This document shows positions 9,265 to 17,956 of a stretch of DNA of 44,838 nt, in pieces. The notes beneath the pieces are model-generated. The model was not told the DNA's origin and searched no databases. It worked only from the letters and a program-made list of their open reading frames with translations. How positions within the stretch are numbered: position 1 is the stretch's first letter; each line of letters starts with the position of its first letter. This DNA comes from an uncultured Nitrospiraceae bacterium (GTDB taxonomy: Bacteria > Nitrospirota > Thermodesulfovibrionia > Thermodesulfovibrionales > Dissulfurispiraceae), in the NCBI GenBank assembly GCA_947085205.1, contig CAMTVO010000038.1, positions 1-44,838 on the forward strand, read 5' to 3'. The position numbers and the translations under genes were made by a program.

Positions 9265-11376
9265 ATGCGTGTCCCTTTTAAATGGTTAAAAGAATTCATT
9301 GATATCAAAGATAATGCCGATGAGGTGGCCCGTAAACTTACTATGATAGGGCTTGAGGTCGAGGCTGTCGAGCGTATTGATGACGGCGTTGCTTTCGAAG
9401 TAAACGTTACTCCCAACAGGCCTGACTGTCTGAGTATTATAGGCATTGCGAGGGAACTTTCTGCTGTATATGGAATTTCCATTAATTTCCCCGGACATGA
9501 TATTCTCGCAGAGACAGAAGAGCTTGATTTTAATGTTGACATCCTTGATACAGATCTCTGCCACAGGTATGCAGGAAGGATTGTCAGAAATATTAAAATA
9601 GGCCCGTCGCCTGACTGGCTGAAGAACAGACTCAAAAAATGCAATATAAGGTCGATTAATAATGTTGTTGATATTACGAACTATGTTCTTCTTGAGTTAG
9701 GGCATCCGCTCCATGCCTTTGACCTCAGCGCAATTAAAGGACACCGCATTGTCGTTGGTACTCCCAAAAGCATTAAAGGGCAAGGTGCAAGGGTCAAGTT
9801 TAAAACCCTCGATGGCATTGACCGTGAAATACCTGAGGAATCTCTCCTTATATGGGATGCCGAAAGGCCGGTAGCTGTTGCGGGTGTTATGGGCGGACTT
9901 GAGACAGAGGTTGCTGATTCCACTGTGGATATATTTATCGAGAGCGCATATTTCGAGCCTGCATCAGTGAAAAAGACATCAAATGCCCTCGGTTTGAAGA
10001 CAGAGTCTTCATACAGGTTTGAGAGGGGTACGGATATAAAGATGCTCAAAAAGGCGCTCGACAGGACAGCCTACCTGATGAAGGAAGTGGCAGGAGGTAC
10101 TATCTGCGGAAAGATAGATATATATCCAAAGAGGTATATACCAGAAGATATAAATGTGAGATATGCGAGGGTTAACCAAGTACTCGGGCTAAAGCTTGCA
10201 AATGAAGAAATCCGCAATTGCCTTGATGGACTGGGCTTTGAAGTGAAAGACGCTGCAAGCAGCATGAAAATAAAGCCTCCGGCATACAGAAGGGATATAA
10301 AGAGAGAGGTCGATGTCATAGAAGAGGTTGCGAGGATTTACGGCTACGACAGGATTCCAGCGGATATGCCGAAGGCTACCCTGATTATTAATCAGGAGTC
10401 GGTAGTTAGTAGCCATGAGTCGAAGGTCAAAAATGGTATCAAGGAGGCGCTTTTAAAATCAGGTTTTACTGAGGTGATAAATTACAGCTTCATGGGTCTG
10501 CAGGAACTGGATATTCTGGGAATTGAAGAGAGCGATGAAAGAAGAAATCTCGTGCAGATAAAAAACCCGCTGAAAGTAGAAGACTCCTTTATGAGGACAA
10601 CCATTATCCCCTCTATGATAAAAAACCTGACGCATAACATAGCCCACGGAAACAGGGAACTTAGATTGTTTGAGATAGCGAGGGTGTTTATCAGTGAGCA
10701 GTCAGCAGTGAGCAGTGAGCAGTCAGCCTCACGCCTTCCCATTGAGAAAGAGCATCTTGCTGTACTAAATTACAAGGAAAAGATCAAGACTCTTTATAGG
10801 GATGAGACCCATGATTTTTATATCATAAAAGGAGTAATCGAGGCTATTTTCAACAACCTCAGGATTTATGATTATTCTTTTGTGAGGTCTTCAGAGCCGT
10901 TTTTGCATCCGGGACAGTCAGCAGATATTTATATAATGGGCAATAAAATAGGGCATATCGGAGCGCTTTCCCCTGAAATTATAAATTACCTCGATATAAA
11001 GGCGCATAAGCCTTCGATTGTAGTTGTGGAAATCGATATCGAAAGCATAGTGCCATATACAATGCAGCAGGTGAAATACAGTCCGTTGCCTAAGTATCCA
11101 TATATCGAAAGGGATACTGCAATAGTGATTGATTCGTCCCTTGAGTCTGTCATGCTTATGAAATGGCTTAAATCCTATCCTTCAGAGAACATAGAGGATA
11201 TTGCTATTTTCGATGTCTATCAGGGTAAGAATATCCCTGAAGGAAAAAAGAGCATCGCCTTTAACGTGAGGTACAGGGCATCAGACAGGACGCTGAAGGA
11301 TGAGGAGATAGATGCCCTGCACAAATCTCTGGTGGACTATATCCTCGATAAGACAAAGGGACAATTGAGACGGTGA
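9265..11376 (+). CDS. pheT: Phenylalanine--tRNA ligase beta subunit (short form lacking the B2 OB domain)
   Basis: TPNRPDCLS, VDITNYV, SSYRFERG, DVIEEVARIYGY and C-terminal FDX-ACB domain. Confidence 0.97.
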   Translation: MRVPFKWLKEFIDIKDNADEVARKLTMIGLEVEAVERIDDGVAFEVNVTPNRPDCLSIIGIARELSAVYGISINFPGHDILAETEELDFNVDILDTDLCHRYAGRIVRNIKIGPSPDWLKNRLKKCNIRSINNVVDITNYVLLELGHPLHAFDLSAIKGHRIVVGTPKSIKGQGARVKFKTLDGIDREIPEESLLIWDAERPVAVAGVMGGLETEVADSTVDIFIESAYFEPASVKKTSNALGLKTESSYRFERGTDIKMLKKALDRTAYLMKEVAGGTICGKIDIYPKRYIPEDINVRYARVNQVLGLKLANEEIRNCLDGLGFEVKDAASSMKIKPPAYRRDIKREVDVIEEVARIYGYDRIPADMPKATLIINQESVVSSHESKVKNGIKEALLKSGFTEVINYSFMGLQELDILGIEESDERRNLVQIKNPLKVEDSFMRTTIIPSMIKNLTHNIAHGNRELRLFEIARVFISEQSAVSSEQSASRLPIEKEHLAVLNYKEKIKTLYRDETHDFYIIKGVIEAIFNNLRIYDYSFVRSSEPFLHPGQSADIYIMGNKIGHIGALSPEIINYLDIKAHKPSIVVVEIDIESIVPYTMQQVKYSPLPKYPYIERDTAIVIDSSLESVMLMKWLKSYPSENIEDIAIFDVYQGKNIPEGKKSIAFNVRYRASDRTLKDEEIDALHKSLVDYILDKTKGQLRR

Positions 11377-11482
11377 ATAGTTGCCTCGCTTCCTCTCATT
11401 TTAGGCATTATCATGTCTACCATGACCAGCGACATCTCGTCCTTCATCGCTCTGAAGATGTTTATCCCGTCGCTTCCGCTGA
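11377..11482 (-). pseudogene. Receiver-domain remnant
   Basis: Minus frame reads SGSDGINIFRAMKDEMSLVMVDMIMPKMRGSEA (D-x-x-MP-x-M-x-G receiver motif); no start codon. Confidence 0.5.
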
Positions 11483-11506
11483 GGGAGTGTCAATTTTTGT
11501 GGACAG
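11483..11506. mobile_element. Possible isolated IS256-like terminal repeat
   Basis: GGGAGTGTCAATTTTTGTGGACAG resembles IS256-family ends and abuts the truncated receiver fragment. Confidence 0.3.
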
Positions 11507-11534
11507 TTACTTTAATTTATGATTTATTTTATTT

Positions 11535-12722
11535 ATGAATAATATTGATCTTTCATCAATTCAGGATGCACTGAAGTCCATATCGCCCTACATACACAAA
11601 ACTCCGCTTGTCTATTCCAATTCATTCAGCAAGATGTTCGAAACGGAAGTGTATCTAAAGGCAGAGAACCTCCAAAAGACAGGCTCTTTTAAGGTAAGGG
11701 GCGCTTTTAATAAATTGATGAAGCTTAAGACGGATAAGGTTATTGCCGCATCAATGGGCAATCATGCACAGGGGGTTGCGTTTGCTGCTTCCGGCCTCGG
11801 CATGAAGGCAAAGATAGTTATGCCTCTGAATGCATCCATAGTTAAGCAGGAGGCGACAAAGGCATACGGCGCAGAGGTCGTGCTGTACGGGGACAGCTTT
11901 AAAGATGCGCTGGAATATGCGATTTCACAAAAAGATTATACCTTTATCCATGCCTTTGACGACGTGGATATAATTGCGGGCCAGGGGACTGTAGGGCTTG
12001 AGACAGCAGACGAGCTAAAGAATATCGATGCTGTTTTAGTGCCGATCGGCGGCGGAGGGCTTATATCAGGGATATCCATTGCAATGAAAAGTGTTTCTCC
12101 TGAGGCAGAGATTATAGGCGTACAGACCGTATCGGCCACATCCGCATGCGACTCCTTTCATTCGAAAGAAATTGTGGAAAGGTCCCCACAGCCGACCCTT
12201 GCAGACGGTATTGCAGTGGGCAGGATAGGAAACAAGACATTTGAGATAATAAACAGGCATGTGGATGATGTTGTCAAGGTCTCCGAAGAATCAATTGCCA
12301 TGTCCGTACTTTTATTTCTTGAAAGGAAAAAGCTCGTTGTGGAAGGGGCAGGGGCTGTTCCGCTTGCGGCATTGATAGAGCAGCGGAATAGATTTAAGGG
12401 CAAAAGAATAGTACTTATTGTAAGCGGCGGAAACATTGATTTTACACTCATCGACAGGATAATCCATAAGGGCCTTGTTTCGAGCGGAAGGATAGGGGTT
12501 TTTAAGGTGATTGTGGACGATGTGCCGGGGAGTTTAAACAGATTGACAGGGATTATTGCCGATAAAAGGGGTAATGTGCTTAATGTCGTCCATGACAGGC
12601 TTGCTGGAGATATACCCATAGGAAAGACGATGGTGATATTCACAGTTGAGACAAAAGGGGCTGCCCATCTTGAAGAAATAATATCTGCAATTAAGGATTC
12701 TGGTTTTTCCATGCACATATAA
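11535..12722 (+). CDS. ilvA: Threonine ammonia-lyase with C-terminal ACT domain
   Basis: ENLQKTGSFKVRGA (PLP lysine), ASMGNHAQG, PIGGGGL and SGGNID motifs. Confidence 0.93.
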   Translation: MNNIDLSSIQDALKSISPYIHKTPLVYSNSFSKMFETEVYLKAENLQKTGSFKVRGAFNKLMKLKTDKVIAASMGNHAQGVAFAASGLGMKAKIVMPLNASIVKQEATKAYGAEVVLYGDSFKDALEYAISQKDYTFIHAFDDVDIIAGQGTVGLETADELKNIDAVLVPIGGGGLISGISIAMKSVSPEAEIIGVQTVSATSACDSFHSKEIVERSPQPTLADGIAVGRIGNKTFEIINRHVDDVVKVSEESIAMSVLLFLERKKLVVEGAGAVPLAALIEQRNRFKGKRIVLIVSGGNIDFTLIDRIIHKGLVSSGRIGVFKVIVDDVPGSLNRLTGIIADKRGNVLNVVHDRLAGDIPIGKTMVIFTVETKGAAHLEEIISAIKDSGFSMHI

Positions 12723-12744
12723 GATTGCTGATTCCTCATTCTTT

Positions 12745-12773
12745 TTGACAGAATCATATCATTATAATATTAT
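12745..12773 (+). promoter_or_regulatory. sigma70 promoter with candidate GntR operator
   Basis: TTGACA-N17-TATTAT; contains ATATCATTATAAT, also found at 20802-20814. Confidence 0.55.
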
Positions 12774-12785
12774 ATTGACGATGTA

Positions 12786-12973
12786 ATGCAGACTGTTGAA
12801 ATTTCACAGGCAAAGGGGTATGTTGCCAGGGAGCTTGAAGTTAAAGAGGGTGTTCCCATCCTCGTTGTTCACAGACTTCTTCTCAGCTCAGACGGCGGCC
12901 TGTTGCATATACAAGGCTTTTAGGCAGAAGCGACAGGTATAAGTTTCAAATAGAGTTTGAAAGGATTAGATAG
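12786..12973 (+). pseudogene. GntR/UTRA C-terminal remnant with a frameshift
   Basis: MQTVEISQAKGYVARELEVKEGVPILVVHRLLLSSDG / PVAYTRLLGRSDRYKFQIEFERIR*, similar to the C-terminus of the intact GntR at 20854. Confidence 0.7.
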
Positions 12974-12993
12974 AAAGAAAGGGGTGATATAAG

Positions 12994-13164
12994 ATGGAAG
13001 GTATTAATCAGTGGCTTGTTGAGCTTAATAAAAACAGTCCCATATGGTTTGGAATTGTTACGGTTTTAACTATGTCAGGCATCGGCGTGATTATAGCAGC
13101 GATAACAGAGGTTCTCTTTAAAATCTTCGGAGTTAAAGGCGAGAGAATAGAGATTCATCACTGA
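12994..13164 (+). CDS. 56-aa membrane protein, possibly DVU0150-like partner of TauE (below the ORF-track cutoff)
   Basis: SD AAGGGGTG; MEGINQWLVELNKNSPIWFGIVTVLTMSGIGVIIAAITEVLFKIFGVKGERIEIHH. Confidence 0.7.
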   Translation: MEGINQWLVELNKNSPIWFGIVTVLTMSGIGVIIAAITEVLFKIFGVKGERIEIHH

Positions 13165-13176
13165 CAGGAGGGTAAA

Positions 13177-13314
13177 ATGGAATTTGTCATATCAAAACTC
13201 ATTCCCGCTGCGGCCACCTTTTTAATACTTTTTGTAGGAATGGCCATTGCAATAGCGGTAGGAAATGTATCAGGCAGACTCATAAGAAAAATTCTTGGTA
13301 TAGGAGGCAATTAA
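13177..13314 (+). CDS. 45-aa single-pass membrane protein (below the ORF-track cutoff)
   Basis: SD AGGAGG; MEFVISKLIPAAATFLILFVGMAIAIAVGNVSGRLIRKILGIGGN; ends 3 nt before TauE. Confidence 0.7.
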   Translation: MEFVISKLIPAAATFLILFVGMAIAIAVGNVSGRLIRKILGIGGN

Positions 13315-13317
13315 AAA

Positions 13318-14547
13318 ATGGACATACCACTTTTAGGTCTGATGTATCTGCCAATCTCCGGCGTGGAGATAATGGCGTGGAAGCTTGTACTTTTAGGTTT
13401 TACTGTTGGTGTTATCGGAGGCTTCTTTGGCATCGGAGGAGCATTTATGGTCACGCCTGCCCTTAATGTCTTTGGCTTCCCGATGGCTTATGCCATTGGA
13501 ACGGATATGGCTCATATTGCAGGAAAATCCATAGTCGCTACTGCAAAACACAGGAAATTCGGCAATGTGGACATGAAATTAGGAATTATAATGATTATAG
13601 GAACTGCCATAGGCATTGAACTCGGAGCTGCCTTTATCATGTGGCTTGAGAAGGTCGGCAGGGTGGATGCTGTGGTGAGATATGTTTATATGGTTCTGCT
13701 TTTCGGGCTCAGCAGCTATATGCTTTATGAGTATTTTAAGCTGACAAAAGGGACTGCCGGAGAAAAGAAGGTTGTATCAGATGTAGGCAAATCAGGACTC
13801 GCTATTAAAATGCACAGCCTTAAAATTCCTCCGATGGTAAATCTTCCTGTCTCAGGATTTGCAATATCAATCTGGGTAATTCTCATAGTTGCAGCAATCA
13901 CAGGCTTTGTTGCTGGGTTTCTCGGCGTTGGAGGCGGTTTTATAAGAATGCCTGCCCTAATCTATGTCATAGGCGCGCCCACAAGGATTGCAGTCGGCAC
14001 AGACCTTTTTGAGGTTATGATATCAGGTGCCTATGGAGCATTCTCTTATGCGATTAAGGGAAGGGTTGAGCTTATTGCAGCGGTTGTTATGCTTGTAGGG
14101 GCAGCAATCGGAGCGCAGTTCGGGACCCTCGCTACACAGTATGTTAAGGGCTTAAAGATCCGTCTTTACTTCGCTGTAACGATGCTGCTTGCCGGTGTTT
14201 CTGTTATATTAAAGCACATTGCAGGGACATATAAGAATGTATACTCTCCAGAGCTTAACTCATGGGTAAAGGCGCATCCCCAGTTCCTTGAATGGGCGCA
14301 GGCCGAGGGCGCTAAATTTAGTCCAAAGGTTCAGGTCAGGGACTGGATATTGATGAATAAGGAGGCGGTCAAGGGCTGGTTTGCCCAACAGTCGGATGTT
14401 ATCCAGCAGGCGAAGGCAATGGAGGCGGCATGGAATAATTATTCAGGTTATCTTATGTTGGGTGTGGCCTGTGCATTGAGCGCCCTGATAATTGTGAAAA
14501 TGTTGCAGGGCATTAAGGCTGAAAAAAGACTCAAAGGCAGCAGTTAA
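13318..14547 (+). CDS. Sulfite exporter TauE/SafE (TSUP) family protein
   Basis: Duplicated GFFGIGGAF / GFLGVGGGF and AIGTD / AVGTD motifs; multiple TM helices. Confidence 0.9.
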   Translation: MDIPLLGLMYLPISGVEIMAWKLVLLGFTVGVIGGFFGIGGAFMVTPALNVFGFPMAYAIGTDMAHIAGKSIVATAKHRKFGNVDMKLGIIMIIGTAIGIELGAAFIMWLEKVGRVDAVVRYVYMVLLFGLSSYMLYEYFKLTKGTAGEKKVVSDVGKSGLAIKMHSLKIPPMVNLPVSGFAISIWVILIVAAITGFVAGFLGVGGGFIRMPALIYVIGAPTRIAVGTDLFEVMISGAYGAFSYAIKGRVELIAAVVMLVGAAIGAQFGTLATQYVKGLKIRLYFAVTMLLAGVSVILKHIAGTYKNVYSPELNSWVKAHPQFLEWAQAEGAKFSPKVQVRDWILMNKEAVKGWFAQQSDVIQQAKAMEAAWNNYSGYLMLGVACALSALIIVKMLQGIKAEKRLKGSS

Positions 14548-14561
14548 AGGGAGGATAAATT

Positions 14562-14996
14562 ATGAAGATACTCGTTCCAGTGGACGGCTCAAAATATTCT
14601 ATGGAGGCCATTAAAGTCGCAGCAGACTATGCAAAGACAAAGGGAGCTGAAATATGTCTGATAAATGTAATGCCGCATATTGAGACTTTAATGGGTATTG
14701 AATTTTTACCTTCTGAAAGAGAAAAGTTAGCAAAGGAACTGGAGAAGAATGCAGACTACATAGTTCAGCAGGCATGCGGTATTTTAACAGGAGAAGATGT
14801 GATTGCAACATGCAGGCACATAGTCGCTTCTACATCCGTCCCCGACGCCATTATAGATTATGCAGATAAGGAGAAAATAGACCTTATAATCATCGGCAGC
14901 CGGGGTCTCGGCAAATCGTCAAGATATAAGATGGGGAGCGTTGCTTCAAAGGTGGTAAAGCACAGCCCATGTTCTGTTTATGTGGTGAAGATATAA
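14562..14996 (+). CDS. Universal stress protein
   Basis: KILVPVDGS, DLIIIGSRG and MGSVASKVVKHSPCSVYVV motifs. Confidence 0.95.
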   Translation: MKILVPVDGSKYSMEAIKVAADYAKTKGAEICLINVMPHIETLMGIEFLPSEREKLAKELEKNADYIVQQACGILTGEDVIATCRHIVASTSVPDAIIDYADKEKIDLIIIGSRGLGKSSRYKMGSVASKVVKHSPCSVYVVKI

Positions 14997-15102
14997 CAAG
15001 AGGCGTTTGATAAGAGATTGGACGGATTAGCCTGAAAGGGTTGCGGTGAGAAGACCCTGATGGCGCTCCCTTCAACCCGTTTGTTTATAATATAATAGTT
15101 AT

Positions 15103-17343
15103 ATGGATATGGATGAAAGAGGTTTATTAAACCGCCTCCCGGGATTACTTTTCGGTTCATGGCTTGAAAGACATTCCCGGGGAGTGGTAATCACTACCAT
15201 TCTTTTGTCGCTGGGTATTATATTGCTGCTCGGCATAATATCCGCAAAGGAGATAAGGAAAGTAGTTATAGAGGATTTCAATCAGCAGCAGTTGGTTCTT
15301 GCAAGGCACGCAGCGAGTCAGGTAGAAAATAGGCTGAATATTCTTAAAAGAGAATTGCTGTTACTCAGCCTTTCCCCATCCATACAATATTCTGAAAAGG
15401 TCTCTATCGGCAAAAGAATGGAGATTACCTTCTCCGGCATTAAGGGGGAGGGCGCATTGAATATAAAATACATTGAATCCGGCGGAAGCCGCGCCTATCT
15501 GATTGACGGTCGTGGTTACAAGATTGAATATCCTTCTCTTGAAGAAATGGATTATCTGAAATGGGCTCGCATTGCAAATAATAAAGGTAATATTCTCATT
15601 TCCGAACCTATCACAAATATCAACGTCGGTAAATATAAAAAACTTATGATGAAGATGATGATTCCTGTCTGGCAGATTTCTGTGGATGAAAAGTACCCTG
15701 TGGCGACCAACAAATTTTCCGGAATTTTGATATTCGATGTGGATGTGACCGCCTTAATAGAAAAGACAACAAATGGTATAAGGTCAGGAAAGACAGGTTA
15801 TGCCTGGGTTATAGACAACAAAGGCGCTTTTCTATATCACCCTGAGGCGGAATTTATAGGTAAAAATGCCTTTGAGGCGCGTAAGGAAAGGAATCCCGCC
15901 ATATCCTTTGCTCGAATCAACGAGATACAGAGGGAGCTGATGTTGACAGGAAGGGAGGGCGCAAGCTGGTATCTTTCCGGATGGCATGGGGGCAGGGAGG
16001 GAAGGATAAAGAAAATGATAGCATTCACGCCTGTTCAGCTTCAAGGCGGGACTAAAAGATATATGTGGTCTGTAGCGGTGGTAGCGCCTATAACCGAGAT
16101 TGAAGGTTCGATTCACAGGATACAGATAAGGCAGTTTATCCTTGAAGGATTTGTTGTAATTATAATACTCTCCGGTGGATTATTTATAATCGGTATGATG
16201 GTGAGATGGTCCAGTTTGTTAAAAAAGGAGGTGGAGGAAAAGACCACGGAATTAAGAAAATCGGAGAATCAGTACAGATCCCTTATAGAGAATGCCAATG
16301 ATATAATATTTACCCTGAATCGGGACGGTTACATTACATCCATAAATCAGGCCGGGTGTTCTTTCTTTAAAAAGGCGAGGGAAGAAATAATCGGAAGCAA
16401 TATAGGAGAGATATGTTTCAATGAAGAAAGCGCCTTTGTTCAATACAGGGCAATTGACGAAACATTCAGCAGCCGGTTGAGTAAGCAGTTGACCTATCCT
16501 GTGAATATCAACGGCAATGAATATTGGCTCAGCACAAACTTTAGCGGTCTTTTGGATGAAAAGGGAGATGTATATTCAGTTCTGGGAATTGCGAGGGATA
16601 TTACAGAAAGGGTAAAGATGCAGGAGCAGATGTTTCATACGGAGAAACTGGCCTCGATGGGAACTTTAGCCGCCGGAGTGGCCCATGAGATAAATAATCC
16701 CCTGTCCATAATCCTGGGTTTTACCGATTTGCTTCTGGAAAAAGCGCCCTCTGACTCCGAGTTGCAAGATATATTAAAGAGCATTGAAAATCAGGGTATT
16801 AAAGCCAAGAGGGTTGTGGAAAACCTTCTCACCTTTGCGCGATACAAGGAACATGTTGAAGAAGATGTGGATATAAATAAGAATATCGAAGCAATCCTTA
16901 AGGTTGTGGACAACACCCTATCCCTTAATAAGATTGCCTTCAGAAAAGAAATGACAAGTTCTCTTCCTGCAGTAAAAGGAGACCCTGATGAACTTCAGCA
17001 GGTCTTTTTTAATATAATAACCAATGCTGTGCACACAATGAAAGGAGGCGGAACCCTGACCATTTCGACATTACCTGCCGATAACGGCAGTCGCGCCAAA
17101 ATAATGATTTCAGACACAGGCGGTGGAATTAAAAGCGAATACAGGAAAAAGATATTTGATCCCCTGTTCACCACAAAGAAAGTAGGAGAAGGCACAGGCC
17201 TCGGCCTTTTTGTCTCTTACGGGATTATAAAAAAACACGGCGGGACCATTGCCTTTGAGACAAAAACAAAAGAGGAGTCTGAAAAGACTGGGACTACTTT
17301 TATAATAACATTGCCGGCGATAAAGGCAGTGAATAGGGAATAG
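15103..17343 (+). CDS. Cache/PAS sensor histidine kinase
   Basis: 2 TM segments, Cache motif GYAWVIDNKGAFLYHP, PAS domain, H-box AHEINNPL, DTGGGI and GTGLGL. Confidence 0.93.
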   Translation: MDMDERGLLNRLPGLLFGSWLERHSRGVVITTILLSLGIILLLGIISAKEIRKVVIEDFNQQQLVLARHAASQVENRLNILKRELLLLSLSPSIQYSEKVSIGKRMEITFSGIKGEGALNIKYIESGGSRAYLIDGRGYKIEYPSLEEMDYLKWARIANNKGNILISEPITNINVGKYKKLMMKMMIPVWQISVDEKYPVATNKFSGILIFDVDVTALIEKTTNGIRSGKTGYAWVIDNKGAFLYHPEAEFIGKNAFEARKERNPAISFARINEIQRELMLTGREGASWYLSGWHGGREGRIKKMIAFTPVQLQGGTKRYMWSVAVVAPITEIEGSIHRIQIRQFILEGFVVIIILSGGLFIIGMMVRWSSLLKKEVEEKTTELRKSENQYRSLIENANDIIFTLNRDGYITSINQAGCSFFKKAREEIIGSNIGEICFNEESAFVQYRAIDETFSSRLSKQLTYPVNINGNEYWLSTNFSGLLDEKGDVYSVLGIARDITERVKMQEQMFHTEKLASMGTLAAGVAHEINNPLSIILGFTDLLLEKAPSDSELQDILKSIENQGIKAKRVVENLLTFARYKEHVEEDVDINKNIEAILKVVDNTLSLNKIAFRKEMTSSLPAVKGDPDELQQVFFNIITNAVHTMKGGGTLTISTLPADNGSRAKIMISDTGGGIKSEYRKKIFDPLFTTKKVGEGTGLGLFVSYGIIKKHGGTIAFETKTKEESEKTGTTFIITLPAIKAVNRE

Positions 17344-17360
17344 TGAATAGTATTTTGTTT

Positions 17361-17426
17361 GTCATTCCCACGAAAGTGGGAATCAAGAAAAAAAGGAACT
17401 GGATTCCGTGTCAAGCACGGAATGAC
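17361..17426. repeat. REP-like double hairpin (GTCATT...AATGAC)
   Basis: GTCATTCCCACGAAAGTGGGAATC ... GGATTCCGTGTCAAGCACGGAATGAC. Confidence 0.8.
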
Positions 17427-17466
17427 ATTATGGTATATAAGCAAATTCTAAAAACAGGGAGGAAAT

Positions 17467-17892
17467 ATGCCTGAAAGAATATTAGCTGTTGACGATGAGC
17501 CTGATATGTTGAAGCTTTTAAGTATGATTATCAGAGAAAAGACGCCTTACGAGATCGAGACCACCAATAATCCGCTGGAGGCTGTTGAGCTTATAAAGCA
17601 GGGAGGGTTTGACCTCATAATAACTGATTTGAAAATGCCGGGACTTGACGGCATCGAGCTTTTTGATGCTGCCAGGCAGATGCAGGAGGATATTCCGGTG
17701 ATAATAATAACGGCATATGGCACTGTCGAGTCTGCAATGGAGACAATGCAGAGAGGCGCCTTTGATTTTATAACAAAGCCCTTCAGAAAGGAGCAGATAC
17801 TATATGCTGTGGATAAGGCCGTAAAGTGGGTGAGACTCCAGAGGGAAAATAAAATGCTGAAGGAACAGCTAAAGGCAGTGAACAGTGAATAG
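17467..17892 (+). CDS. Stand-alone response regulator receiver (NtrC-type)
   Basis: VDDE, TDLKMPGLDG, ITAYG and FITKPF motifs; no output domain. Confidence 0.93.
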   Translation: MPERILAVDDEPDMLKLLSMIIREKTPYEIETTNNPLEAVELIKQGGFDLIITDLKMPGLDGIELFDAARQMQEDIPVIIITAYGTVESAMETMQRGAFDFITKPFRKEQILYAVDKAVKWVRLQRENKMLKEQLKAVNSE

Positions 17893-17956
17893 TATTTAGT
17901 GAATAGTAGTTAAAGGCAGTGGGTAGTAGTTAGTAAAAACTATTCACTATTCACTA
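17875..17956. repeat. Inverted AGTGAAT heptamer element between convergent genes
   Basis: AGTGAAC AGTGAAT ... AGTGAAT and complementary ATTCACT ATTCACT; related units at 17328-17350. Confidence 0.7.

Noticed and set aside
14997..15085. GC-richer intergenic stretch with GGGTTG/CAACCC complementarity, possible ncRNA or riboswitch
   Set aside because: No family motif recognisable by eye; needs an Rfam/Infernal search
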